Shown: piece after piece, positions 40,073 to 51,700 of the stretch | Layout: every line of letters starts with the position of its first letter | Numbering within the stretch: position 1 is the stretch's first letter | From: Hydrolagus affinis | Taxonomy: Eukaryota | Direction: 5' to 3' | Assembly: GCA_012026655.1 (NCBI GenBank) | Contig: JAAILG010001907.1 | Location: 1 to 60,375 of the forward strand | Length of the DNA stretch: 60,375 nt | Made by a program: the position numbers and the translations under genes | Notes under the pieces: generated by a model | Database searches by the model: none | What the model was told of the DNA's origin: nothing | Seen by the model: the letters and a program-made list of their open reading frames with translations, nothing else

Positions 40073-40315
40073 CAAACTGCAGTACGTTTCAGCGGGAGTT
40101 CCACAAGTAATGCTAGGGGGATCCAGGGTCACGTTAAGGAACTTCGTCACAATTGTGTCCTCTGGCTGGCAGGCCATGTAATCCCAACTAATCCCTTCAT
40201 CAGAGTGAATCTGAGTTTTGCACATATCATAGTGCCCCCATGAAGGGAAATGCTGCATTGCTGAGCTTATAGCCAGCCAAAGGGCCTGAAAAGGCAACAC
40301 GCTTGACAGATGCAT
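40073..40315 (-). CDS. NTNG1: Netrin-G1-like, first coding exon portion (signal peptide + start of laminin N-terminal domain), 81 codons
   Basis: Translates MHLSSVLPFQALWLAISSAMQHFPSWGHYDMCKTQIHSDEGISWDYMACQPEDTIVTKFLNVTLDPPSITCGTPAETYCSL. The motifs WGHYDxCKTQI, WDYMACQPE and LDPPxITCG match netrin-G1 as recalled, closer than netrin-G2 (GDYDICKSW...WEFYACQP). ATG at 40315 has A at -3 (ACAACCATG). Ends at a phase-0 donor TTG|GTAAGT (GT at 40072-40071). Confidence 0.92.
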
Positions 40316-40773
40316 GGTTGTATTATCAATTTGTCTTGAAGAGGCAGTAAATAATGGTGTGCAGCGATGAATCCCAAATGCCAGATCTTTCCAAGGATTT
40401 GTGTTTGCTCCAAAGTCGAGTAGTTTCAGAGAGTATTCCAAATTCTACTGAATAGTGGGATTTGGTTGGTTGAGGTGTGGCCCAACATGCTCAAACAAAA
40501 CTGCTGCTGAAAAAAGCCTCAAGCTGTTAACTCAGTCACAGAAATAGTTTGTCTATTTGGAAGTTGTATGTAATTCACCAAGAGAATGTGACAATCTGCC
40601 AAGGTGTTGGGACATCAGCTATTTTACCTATAAGCTGGATCACTGTGCTTTGTTCACTGCTTGCGGCGGTTGCTCTTGTGTGCTGATAAATCAGTATTTG
40701 AAGCAATGTGATGACTGTCTCCTGGCAAGAATCTGTCTCCCATCAATCATTTCTTTCTTCTGGTATCAAATCC
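40316..40773 (-). other. NTNG1: 5'UTR part of the first coding exon (whole exon 40073-40773)
   Basis: Minus-strand acceptor TTTTATTTTCTCATAACAG|GGATTTG (CAG at 40776-40774). No recognisable repeats between acceptor and ATG. NTNG1 is known to have a long 5'UTR segment in this exon. Confidence 0.65.
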
Positions 40774-41128
40774 CTGTTATGAGAAAATAAAATCAATGTA
40801 GTTTGGAACATTGTTGTTTTTCATGACCTACGACCTGTATCTCGAGAATCCTATCTTCCTTCTGGGGCACCCCTACACAGAAACAATTATTAGTTCCAAA
40901 CCAATATCAATCCCCAGTAAAACAAATTAGTAAGTACTGTTGTGTTGCAAAACATGTCAGAAATCTTGGACCATTAAGAGGGAATGAAGAATAAGGCAAC
41001 AACTGGTCAGCTGTATGCAATATGTGCAACACAATAAATAGACAGTATGGTATAATGCACATACTCAGTTTACACAAAAAGTACTCTACAACATGCATCA
41101 CTTATGGGATACTTTTAAGTTTTTAAAG

Positions 41129-41372
41129 ATAATAATAAATAATAGTCCTTGCATTTGATATTACGCTTTTCACGTCTTCTGGATGCCAATTGCACATAGC
41201 AGTATCCCACAAATAGTCATGGATTGAAATGACCAATTTTTTTTTTGAGGGATTATTATTAGGTATGTGGCGTAAGGAAACTTGCCCAAGGTTTTGCTCT
41301 GATCTGCCTGGATTCGAACACAGGTCTCACGCTTCTAAGGCGAGTGCTCTAACCACTGAGCTACAGAACTCC
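41129..41372 (-). mobile_element. Same tRNA SINE, internally deleted
   Basis: Reverse complement gives GGAGTTCTGTAGCTCAGTGGTTAGAGCACTCGCC..GTTCGAATCCAGGCAGATCAG..(ATT)n. Confidence 0.88.
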
Positions 41373-43695
41373 ACTAAGCTAAAGATACCCCAACAGTTGC
41401 CCTTGCGCTACAGCATATCTGATTGACAGTTATTTTGACTTTGCTATTAAAGCCCACTGACAGAATGGTTTTTGGTTCTGGCAGAGTTCCAGTATAATTA
41501 AAAATGGAACTAAAACGTCAGTTAAACAAACCCTTGAGAAGAATCATTCTACTGATCCACAACAATTTATATTAGCTACAGATTTTAAACATCTTTTAAA
41601 TGTGTGAATGGCAAAAACTGCAGATACACAACAGAAAATGTGAAGCAGCCACTTTTGGTATTGGCTAAATTATTGGCAATAACATTTGACCCTTATACAA
41701 ACTTGACCACGGAACACATATCTGACCAGGTCTTCTTTCTTATTATGAACAGGACAACATATTATTGTTTTTAAGGCACAAACTGTCTACCTGGTGACAA
41801 CCAAAGAGTTAACTTTTCACTGGGAGATATGTTATTGACAAGCAACAAGTAAAATAAACCATCCAGTGATCAGTGTTTCTCAGCTAAATCAGAATGGCGA
41901 TCCTTCTACCAAAAATGGTATGCAACGCTCACTGAAATTTCCCTCCCTGGCATTCTGAGGTCACCATGAAACACAGTAGAAGGTAATTTTGACCCATTGT
42001 ATTATTATATATGTAATATGGGTTGATTATGGAATTTTTAATAAGAAAAGTGGAAGTTATGTCCACAAAATATACAGTCAATTCACTTTATAGTTTAATC
42101 TGAAGCTTTAAAATGTCTTGAAGTCATGATAAGGCACCAAATCAATTGCAAGGATCATTATTATTATTGTTATTATTCAGTACACCACACTACTCGGGAT
42201 AACTTAGCTCGGATATAGTGTACGTTACGTGTACCAGAGGGAGATCCAACCTATTACCCTTATTAAGGAATCCCATTAGAAAGTTGAATATTGAACCCTA
42301 CAAATTTTGCAAGGGTACAAGAATGCATCAATTGGCTTCTTGGGACCTGGGACTGCAGTGTGAACAATGACATTCAGCAGTGATTGAGTTAATAGCAAAC
42401 ATCTTTGAAACATGTTGTGTACCCGCAGAATCCCAGTCTCTAAAGGTGACAGCTTCCCATTTTCATCACAGAGGAAATAAAGCGTACAACCCCTTCTGTT
42501 TGATTTAATTGGATTTCCATATGTCTCAACTGACTTGTGTTTCTACAGTCGTGCAAATGTTTTTTTTAATGAATGAAGAACGGGAGATATTATTGTGTAA
42601 ATCCACTGAGAAGAATGAAAAGGGTAATTCTGTTGCATAATGTTTGGTTAAAAAATCATGTTTAAAAAGATTTGGTTTATTAACTTTGGGAACAGTAAAT
42701 ATATATACAGTATATATATATATTTTAATAAACACATTCCAATGTGAGAGGAATCAATTTAGGAGTGATGCATCAGAATAACCTTCAGAAACCATATTAG
42801 CATTCCTAACAAAGATACTACAACAATGAATTCAATAAGTTAATCGACGGATGCGAATAAACATTATGAAGATAAATTAGAGACAAGAAAAGGATCAACA
42901 CAGGTTTCTAAACCACCTCTTAGAAAGACAGTTGGTGTTTATCTGGATCTCTTTATACATGTCAAAATATGATGGAATGTGACGGAATTGACCCCAGCGA
43001 AGAGGCTTTCATAATGACATATTGATTTGAGTAGTGTTAGAGACATGAAGATGTAAAATTTAAACAAATGTTGCAATCTATATTATAAAGTGGCAGTAAA
43101 AAAAAACCTTCATCTCAACATGCTTTATAGTGCTGATGGTGTTACAGATGACCAGCTATGACTCCTGTTAAATCATCCGAGCACTTATTGTAGGCCCAAT
43201 GCTCTATCTGGTCTGAAATGCATACAGATCTCATGTGCTATTAAAATAATGTAATTGTAATGATGTCGTGAACACTAATCAATTGAAATTAACTATTTAC
43301 CCTACTTGAGCTGAACAGTCTATAAATTGAGCCATTAATAAAAAGTGATTAAAACAAAGGGCATTTTTCTGCATGAATTGACCTAAGATTTGTGATTTGC
43401 TCGCTGTACTCCATAGCTGCTGCTCCATCTACCTCCTCCTTCCTGTTAGCATGTTTTATTTTACTGTGACATTTAAGCAGACATTCAGGCTGTTCATACA
43501 TTATGGCTTCTTTCAAATGATCAACTATGGGTTGAAGTGTGATATCACCACAATTGTTGGAAGGGGGGTGATTATTGGATAATTTGAAGCAGGTTTACAC
43601 TGTAAAAATGTTTCTCTATCTCAGAAAAAAATCAAAACTTTCTGAAACCCTCCAAAATGATGAAACAAAAATATTTATCTTTGAGGCTTTATTTT

Positions 43696-43823
43696 TGCCC
43701 TCAAAATATGCAGTCAATTTATTATACTGTATATTCTGTGAAACTCTTCGAGACTTCTAAAAGAATTGTTAAGGTGCTATATCAAATGCAAGGATTATTA
43801 TTATTATTATTGTTGTTATTATT
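43696..43823 (+). mobile_element. 3' tail fragment of this SINE or its partner LINE (others at about 12525-12640, 21533-21637, 28968-29075, 42063-42177, 53885-54017 on +; 51268-51385, 56503-56630 on -)
   Basis: Shared CAAAATATRCAGTCAATT..TTCTGTGAA..TGCTATATCAAATGCAAGG(ATT)n. Confidence 0.8.
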
Positions 43824-44699
43824 AAACACAGCACTTGTCAGACCATCACTTCTGGTCTATCGAAACAACATGGGCAGACAGGAGCACTCTGCCTGTGTCC
43901 TTTTCATGTCAATGTTACAGGGATAGCATTCAGCCACAGAATGCTGGAATCCCGTGCATCATTCGAAATAACGTGATTCGAATAAATCATTTTGTAAAAG
44001 ATTTTATTGGTCCCAACTGTAAAAAGTCATGGTTCAGGTCTAATGAGTTCCCTGGAGAGAAAGGACATTGCCTGAGCTATTATATAAATCTAATAAAGAA
44101 TCCAACCAAATGTGCACATTTTCATATGAATCTGACTATACAACAACAACAAAATTGCACATATATCGCACTTTTCACGTCGGGAGGACGTCCCAAAACG
44201 CTGAACAATTTGGTCGGGACCCAAGCTTCTGGCACAAATAAAACAAATGTACGACCAATATAGAAACTTTATAATGCATTACCAAATTAACAATTATTGT
44301 TTAAAATAACATAGGATTTCTTACATGGGGGAAAAATAGTGGTTCTCCTGATGTGATCTTTGGAATATGGAATTTTCTGTCTTGCTGACCTTGTCAGAAT
44401 AGAAATGTTTCATCCGAGAGAAACAATGGCAGTTCACTGTGTAGTTAGGGAATCACAACTCTAATGCTGTGCTCATCAATGTCATTGTACAAAAGAATTA
44501 CTGAGTTTTCTGTAAGAGACTCCATCAATACAATGAACTTTTTGGCATGAGATGTGATATTTATCACCATGATAATTAGTACAACACGCCCTGCAAATTT
44601 CCCCTTTCCCCTGGAATGCAATGCAGGGCTTGCAATCATAACATCCAAGCTTGCCAACACAACCCCTACAACCCCCCCACACACCCACCCAACCTCCAC

Positions 44700-45210
44700 C
44701 AACTCCCCCCTCCATTGGCTGCAGATCATGCAGAACTCTGCAGCCCATGTCCTCTCCCGCACCAGGCTCCGTGACCCTATCGGACCCATCCTTGTTCGAC
44801 TCCACTACCTTCCCATCACACAGAGAATACAGTTCAAGATCCTGGTCCTCACTTTCAAAATCCTCCATGACCTTGCTCTCTCCTACCTTTGTGACCTCCT
44901 AACCCCCTACAAACCTGCCTGCTCCCTCTGCTCAGTAGGCTCTGGCCTGCTTCACATCCCCTGCCTCACCATTTGCAGGTGGGCCTTCTGCCATTCTGCC
45001 CCACCCTCTGGAACTCTATCGCACCCCCACGCCTCCTCCCTTGCCGCCTTGAAGACCCGTCTTAAGACCCTCCCTGTGCCTTCGGTATCCTCCTTCCCTC
45101 CCTGCTCCCTCCCCAATCCCGACCCCCTCCCCAATCCCAATCCCCAGCTCAGGCCTCTCCAGTGCCTTGCGACATTCTCTCAATATGAAAAGCACAAATG
45201 TAATTTTGTT
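44700..45210 (+). mobile_element. L2 LINE 3' end
   Basis: LQIMQNSAAHVL...PILVRLHYLPITQRIQFKILVLTFKILH..SYL, then tail CAGTGCCTTGCGACATTCTC..AAATGTAATTTTGTT. Confidence 0.9.
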
Positions 45211-45546
45211 TCACTGTAGTGAAGGCTACATTTACAGTAACAATCTCTCTAGCAATGTGAGTCGATACAATGAGGGAGAAAACAACAACAGCAGAGCTTT
45301 TATTATATAATAATCTCCTGAGGGAGCAGCTCAAAAACACAGATAAAATCCTACTGAGACCAATTTAGGAAACATTCTGTAAAGATTACTTTGCAGTACA
45401 AGAAGGCAATCAAGCAAAGCTACCAGGAAATTCAACTAAACTATAAAAATATGTAACCAGAGTACAATGTTTTAGTCCAGTCCAGGAAAATGATTGATTT
45501 ATAAATGCTCTTCATCCTACACAGTATTTATTTACATTATAATATT

Positions 45547-48500
45547 AGAACATAAGAATTAGGAGCAGGAGTAGGCCATTCGGCCCCTCGAGCCTGCCCC
45601 GCCATTTAATAAGATCATGGCTAATCTTATGACCTAACTCTAGTTACCTGCCCTATCCCCATATCCCCTAATCCCTCTATTTTTAAAAAATCAGTCTCAG
45701 CCTTGAAAATGTTCAAGGACTGAGCATCTACAGCCCTCTGGGGTAGTGAATTCCATAAATCCACTACCCTCTGAGTGAAAAAATGTTTCCTCAACTCTGT
45801 TCTAAAAGACTGACCCTTAATTTTAAGATTATGACCCCTGGTTATAGATTCTCCTACCAGGGGAAACAGTCCCTCACTGTCTACTTTATCCAGCCCTTTA
45901 AGAATCTTATATGTTTCNNNNNNNNNNNNNNNNNNNNNNNNNNNNNNNNNNNNNNNNNNNNNNNNNNNNNNNNNNNNNNNNNNNNNNNNNNNNNNNNNNN
46001 NNNNNNNNNNNNNNNNNCCAGGGGAAACAGTCCCTCACTGTCTACTTTATCCAGCCCTTTAAGAATCTTATATGTTTCAATAAGATCTCCCCTAATCCTT
46101 CTGTACTATAGAGAATACAGCCCTAGTTTATTCAACCTATCCTCATAGGTCAGTCCCCTCATCCCAGGAACTAACTTAGTGAATTTATGCTGCACCCCCT
46201 CTAAGGCAAGTATGTCCTTTATTAAATAAGGAGACCAAAACTGCACACAATATTCTAGGTGCGGTCTCACCAAGGCCCTATACAGTTGCAGCAAGACTTC
46301 CCTACTCTTGTACTCTAAAGCTTTTGCAATGAACACTAACATACCATTTGCCTTCTTAGTTGCCTGCTGCATCTGCAAACTAACTTTTTGAGACTGGTAT
46401 ACAAGGACACCCAAATCCCTTTGTACACCAATGCTATCTAACCTCTCCCCATCTAGAACATAATTTGTTTTGTTTTTTTTGCTAACTAGGTGAATAATTT
46501 CACACTTCCCCCACATTAAATTCCATCTGCCACCTACTCGCCCATTCCCCTAGCCTATCTATATCCCGTTGAAATCTTTATGCATCATCCTCACAGCTGA
46601 TTTTCCTACCTAGTTTAGATGTCCTCATCTAGATCATTGATGTAAATTGTAAATAGCTGAGGCCCAAGCACTGATCCTTGTGGCACTCCACTAGTTACAT
46701 CCTGCCAATTCGAGAATGACCCATTTATCCCTACTCTCTGTTTTCTACCCGTTAGCCACTCTTCTATCCATGCTAAAATGTCCCCATTAATCTCGTGGGC
46801 CTTGACTTTGTGCAATAGCCTTTTTGTGTGGCACTTTATCAAACGCCTTCTTAAAATCTAAATATACCACATTCACTGGTTCCCCCCTATCCAACCTGCT
46901 AGATACATCCTCAAAAAACTCTAAAAGATGAGTTAAGCATGACTTCCCTTTTGTAAAGCCATGCTGACTCTGTCTAATCTTGTTATGGTCTTCCAGGTAT
47001 CCCATAACAACATCTTTAATTAAGGACTAAGAATTTTTCCTACCACTGATGTCAGACTAACTGGTCTATAGTTCCCCATATTTTCTCTCCCACTATTTTC
47101 TTCTTAAATAGTGGCGTTATGTTTACAATCTTCCAATCAATGGGAACTTTTCCAGTATCCAGAGAATTTTGGAAGATTATAGACAAGCCATCCACTATCT
47201 CAGTAGCTACCTCCTTTAAAACTCTAGGATGCAGGCCATCAAGTCTAGGGGATTTATCAGTTTTAAGACCTGAAAATTTACCTAAAGCCATTTCTTTACT
47301 AATATTAATCTCCCTAAGTTGCTCGCTAACATTGTCTTCTTGGTTCCTCTCTATTCTTGGTAGGTTTTTACTGTCTTCACTACTGATTAATGACTCTGCC
47401 ATGTCTTTGTCCCCTATTATAATTCCCCGTCTCTGTCTTTAATGGACCCACATTCACCCTTGATAGCCTTTTCCTCTTTATGTATTTGTAGAAACTCTTG
47501 CAGTCTGTCTTTATGTTCCTCGCTAGTTTGCCCTCATATTCTATTTTCCCCCTCTTGATCAATTTTTTTGGTTCTCCTTTGTTGATCCCTATAGTTTTCC
47601 CAATCCTCGGTTTACTACTCACCTTAGCTGTTTTTTAGTTTTCTTCTTTTAACTTTATACTTTCCCTAACTGCTCTACCACCTTTCCCATGGCATTCTTA
47701 TTCCTCAAAGGAATACGTGCTCGTTGGGAATTTTGCACTATCTGCTTGAATGTCTGCCATTGCTGCTTTACTGTCAAATCCTTAAGTCTAATTTCCCAGT
47801 TTATCTTGGCTAAATCCTCTCTCATACCAACAAAGTTGGCTCTATTTAAATTTAGGAACTTTGCTTCGGACTTAGCTACTTCTCCCTCTAACTTAATGCT
47901 AAATTCTATCATATTATGATCACTTTGCCCTAGAGGAGCCTTAAATTCCAGTTTGCTGATCAGTCCTGTTTCATTGCACCAAAAAAGGTCTAATATGGCC
48001 TGTTCCTGGTTGGCTCCTTGGCATGCCGATCTAGAAAATTATTCCTAATACATTCTATAAACTCTTCCTCTATCTTACTTTTCCTAATTTGGTTGTCCCA
48101 GTCTATATGCAGATTAAAATCACCCACAATTAGTGTCTTTCCTTTGCTACATGCTTCACTAATTTCCTGATTTATACCTTGAGCGATACTTTGACTGCTG
48201 TTTGGGGGTCTATAAACTACTCCCACTAGAGTTTTCTGCCCCTTATTGTCATGTACCTCTACCCATACTGACTCTACATCCTACTTTTCTGATTTAAAAT
48301 CTTTCCTCTCACTGTTTTTATCCCATCCTTTATTAGCAGGGCCACCCCCCTCCTTGTTTACCACATTGCCTATCTTTCCTATATACCACGTACCATGGAA
48401 TGTTTAGCTCCCACCCTTGATCACCCTGTAACCATGTCTCGGTGATGGCTACTAGATCATACCCGTTTGTTTCTATTTGTGCATTTAATTCATCTATCTT

Positions 48501-48780
48501 GTTTCGAATACTACATGCATTCAGATATAGTGCCCTTAATTCTGACTTCCGGCTATTAATCCTATTCACCAGTACCCTATCACTGGGTTCCTTTTCCCTG
48601 CTTGACACATTCTGCTCTAGTCCCCTGTTAATCTGCTCTCCCACTTTCGTCGATCCTAATTTTAACTGTGATGGACTATACCTGACTATGTTTTTACCTC
48701 CCCTCCCTTAATAGTTTAAAGCCCTTTCTACCTCCCTATTTATTCACGTAGCCAGGACATTTGTCCCACCCTGTTTAAAG
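45547..48780 (-). mobile_element. CR1-clade LINE, nearly complete but frameshifted ORF2 (APE endonuclease + RT) with 3' tail and the end of ORF1
   Basis: ORF fragments [105 protein letters not shown]. 3' end CCTACTCCTGCTCCTAATTCTTATGTTCT. Confidence 0.95.
45918..46017. other. Assembly gap (100 N) with the same 61 bp on both sides
   Basis: 45857-45917 is identical to 46018-46078. Confidence 0.98.
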
Positions 48781-51700
48781 AGAGAGACCTTTCTAAAGTC
48801 CGAGATGCACTCACACAGAGAGATAGAGAGATCCCTCTTCAGCCTGAGATACAGAGAGAGAGACTTCTACAGCCTGTGATACACTTAGAGAGAGAGAGAT
48901 CTGCAGATCCTGGCAGGCAATGCTCCCAAACTTACTAGCTAGGCTGCAGAGAAGTGGCAATAAATTCATGTTACTGTATTTACCTTAATTCTAAAAGAGA
49001 AGCGTTGTCGCTGGTTGATTGCAAATCGCAACTGGGTCCTAGTGCTATACGCTAGCACAAAGCGACATAGAGACTGGTTGATGCAACTGGGTCCTAGCGC
49101 TAAACGCTAGTGTTAGTATTAAAATCCGTGGATAAGCAAGGGCTATAAGCCATGGTTGGCAAGGATTGTCGCATTTAGCAAACTGTGGATACGTGAGTTT
49201 CTTGGTTGACAAGGCTACGGTTGGGGAGGGATACCTGTACTGACAAGTGGCTTGAACCTACAAACCTTCTGACTGAAACGGGAGAGCTAACAAGCTTAGC
49301 TAAGGTGCCACCAAGGTCTTCTGTAATCTTTAAAAGATACAGTGAGGCTACTTTAAAACATCTGCTAAGCTTCCTTACCTTGTTGACACAATAAGGTGCA
49401 TTGATCAAGTTTGGTGCTGTACATTTATTCGTGACATTCGAATAAATGAAAATCCCTACATTTGATGACATCTCAAAGGACTTCACAGAGTCACTGTCCT
49501 TGGAAAGCAACCAGAAGTCAGTGAATCACAAATGCACTCCATATTGGGCATTGCAAAAAATCAATAAACAGATTGGGCATATGCGCTAATTGTCTTGGGT
49601 CTCCATTAGCTAAGTACTCACTTAAGAAAAGCCGGAAGAATGGATTTTACTTTGCAGTAAAAAGACAAATACAAATAGTGGCAGACACTGATTTTCTTGT
49701 TCTTCACTGTCACTAATGGGGCAAGCAAACCAAAGCTGACTAAAATTTGTCTTCTGCCATCAGGAATTAAATGATCAGTAAAAATCAGGAAAACTCAAAC
49801 CCCTAAACTCTCCAAAAAAGAGAGACTGGGATCCAAAAATAACCTCGGCTCATTTGATCTCATCGTTCCAGAATACACACTCCAACTTCTTATAAGATCA
49901 AGCTGAAATCAGTCACAGTACCTAGAGTGAAACAATGAGAGGAGAGCTTTGTGACATACTGTGATATATAGGATAACTATGAGTAATCAATCTTAGGCAA
50001 TGCCGAGAGATCAAATGTTTGCCTCTGCTCAGCGAGAAAGATGATGGGTCAAAATCACTCATAAGAGAATAATTTGAAACAAAGCAGTAAATAGGATTTA
50101 TTTCAATAGTTAATTCTGGAGCCAGAATATATGCTTGCTTGCCTCCAGCTTTAATTGTGTTTGCCTACCATTTCACTTCAAAACACAGCCTATGTTTCTA
50201 AGCAACAGAGAATTTTAACATAGTGAGTACTGTAGTTGCACCCTCATCGCATTTCCCTTTCTACTATATATTGGATGGCACCACACTCCTGAATCAGATT
50301 CCTCCTGTAATGGTTATAGTGTAAACTGTCACAGTGTGTGTGTGTGTGTGCACCAGATCAAAGTGAAGTGGTGTACTATCATAATAGTCTGCAATTCATA
50401 GATGAGGCAGAAGGGAATAAAGGGGAATGAGAAGCGATGAAGCAGCTAGGGAAAAAGATGGGTGTAAGAAGAAATACTGCCAAATTGTGCAAAAGGTGCT
50501 GCTTCATTGCTGTAAATTCAATGTAGTCAGTGAATTTCATTAATTAGCACATAAACCTTTGCATTATTAGTGCTCATCACCCAACAGCTGTGTTCTGGAA
50601 ACAGCTTTGAATCACACTTTGAACATGCACTGTCCGTACGAACCACAGATGGGTGGCATTTGCAGGCATTCAGAGCCAAATCGCCTGGAGATCCATCTGC
50701 TTTTCTCAAGGGAAATCAACACAGGGGTTGTGGTCACTGTTGAAGGTTGATAGCCAAATCCATCCAAAAGGAAACTTTAAAATACTTGCGACTTCGACAG
50801 ACAAATGTTTCAGTGGATGCTTTGCAAAACACTGCAGCATATAGAATTGACAGGACACAATCAGGCAGAGGAGGGCGAAATCAACACACTAATTACCTCA
50901 CATTCACAGAACTAGTGCATGAGATTACGGGTTAATTAAATTCTACCTCAAACTCTATGTCACCATAAAGCACTTGCAAGATAACAGCAAGGAGAATAAA
51001 GATCTGCTCTACTCCAAGTAATATGATTTTGATTGTTTCTGGATTTAACTCAGATTTAAATTTGAAGTGGTTTTCAACTTGATAGTGTCCAGGTTGTGGG
51101 AAGGATCAATTTTATATATATATACACTGTACATATACATAATATTTATATTATAAAACAATTTGTTTTGAATTTGTCAATATTAAAATAAGTATATATT
51201 GATTTAGAAAGAATATTATTTTGAGCATCAGTCAGTTATATGTATTTTAAGTAGGTTACAACTCTTGCATAATAATGATAATCCTTGTGTTTGATTTGGT
51301 GTCATTCACTTTGGGAGAACATTTCAAAGCACTTTACAAGATTTACTCCAAAAGTGTAGTAACTGTGTATTTTGTAAAGCATATGTACTGAATTGTATCA
51401 TTCTGAGAAACAAAATTCTTATGAAGTATAAGTATATGTATTTAACAATTTTCCAAATTCCAGAATCCGAAATGCTACATAAATAGAGTAAATCTAGACC
51501 AAAGTGGAATTTCTCCACGTGCATGTTAAAATGATCGAATTTAGAAGATGTCAATAGATTTGCACAATTTATTAGCTGAACATCAACACATTACATTAAA
51601 CTATTTATTAGGAATGTTTGTGACATTTTATTTTACAATGCAGTTAATAATCAACATGTCATAGCTGCTGCACTGTGATAGACGGGTGCAGTCGATGTCA

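Noticed and set aside
40019-40441. 140-aa ORF as the full protein
   Set aside because: The first 42 codons start at a TTG upstream of the signal-peptide ATG, and the last residues read through the GTAAGT donor into intron.
45857-46078. Perfect 61-bp direct repeat around the N run
   Set aside because: Best explained as unmerged contig overlap at a gap; the CR1 reads through once one copy and the Ns are removed.
50628-50642. REST/NRSE site (also half-sites near 21157, 55086, 59603)
   Set aside because: Only one half of the motif matches in each case.
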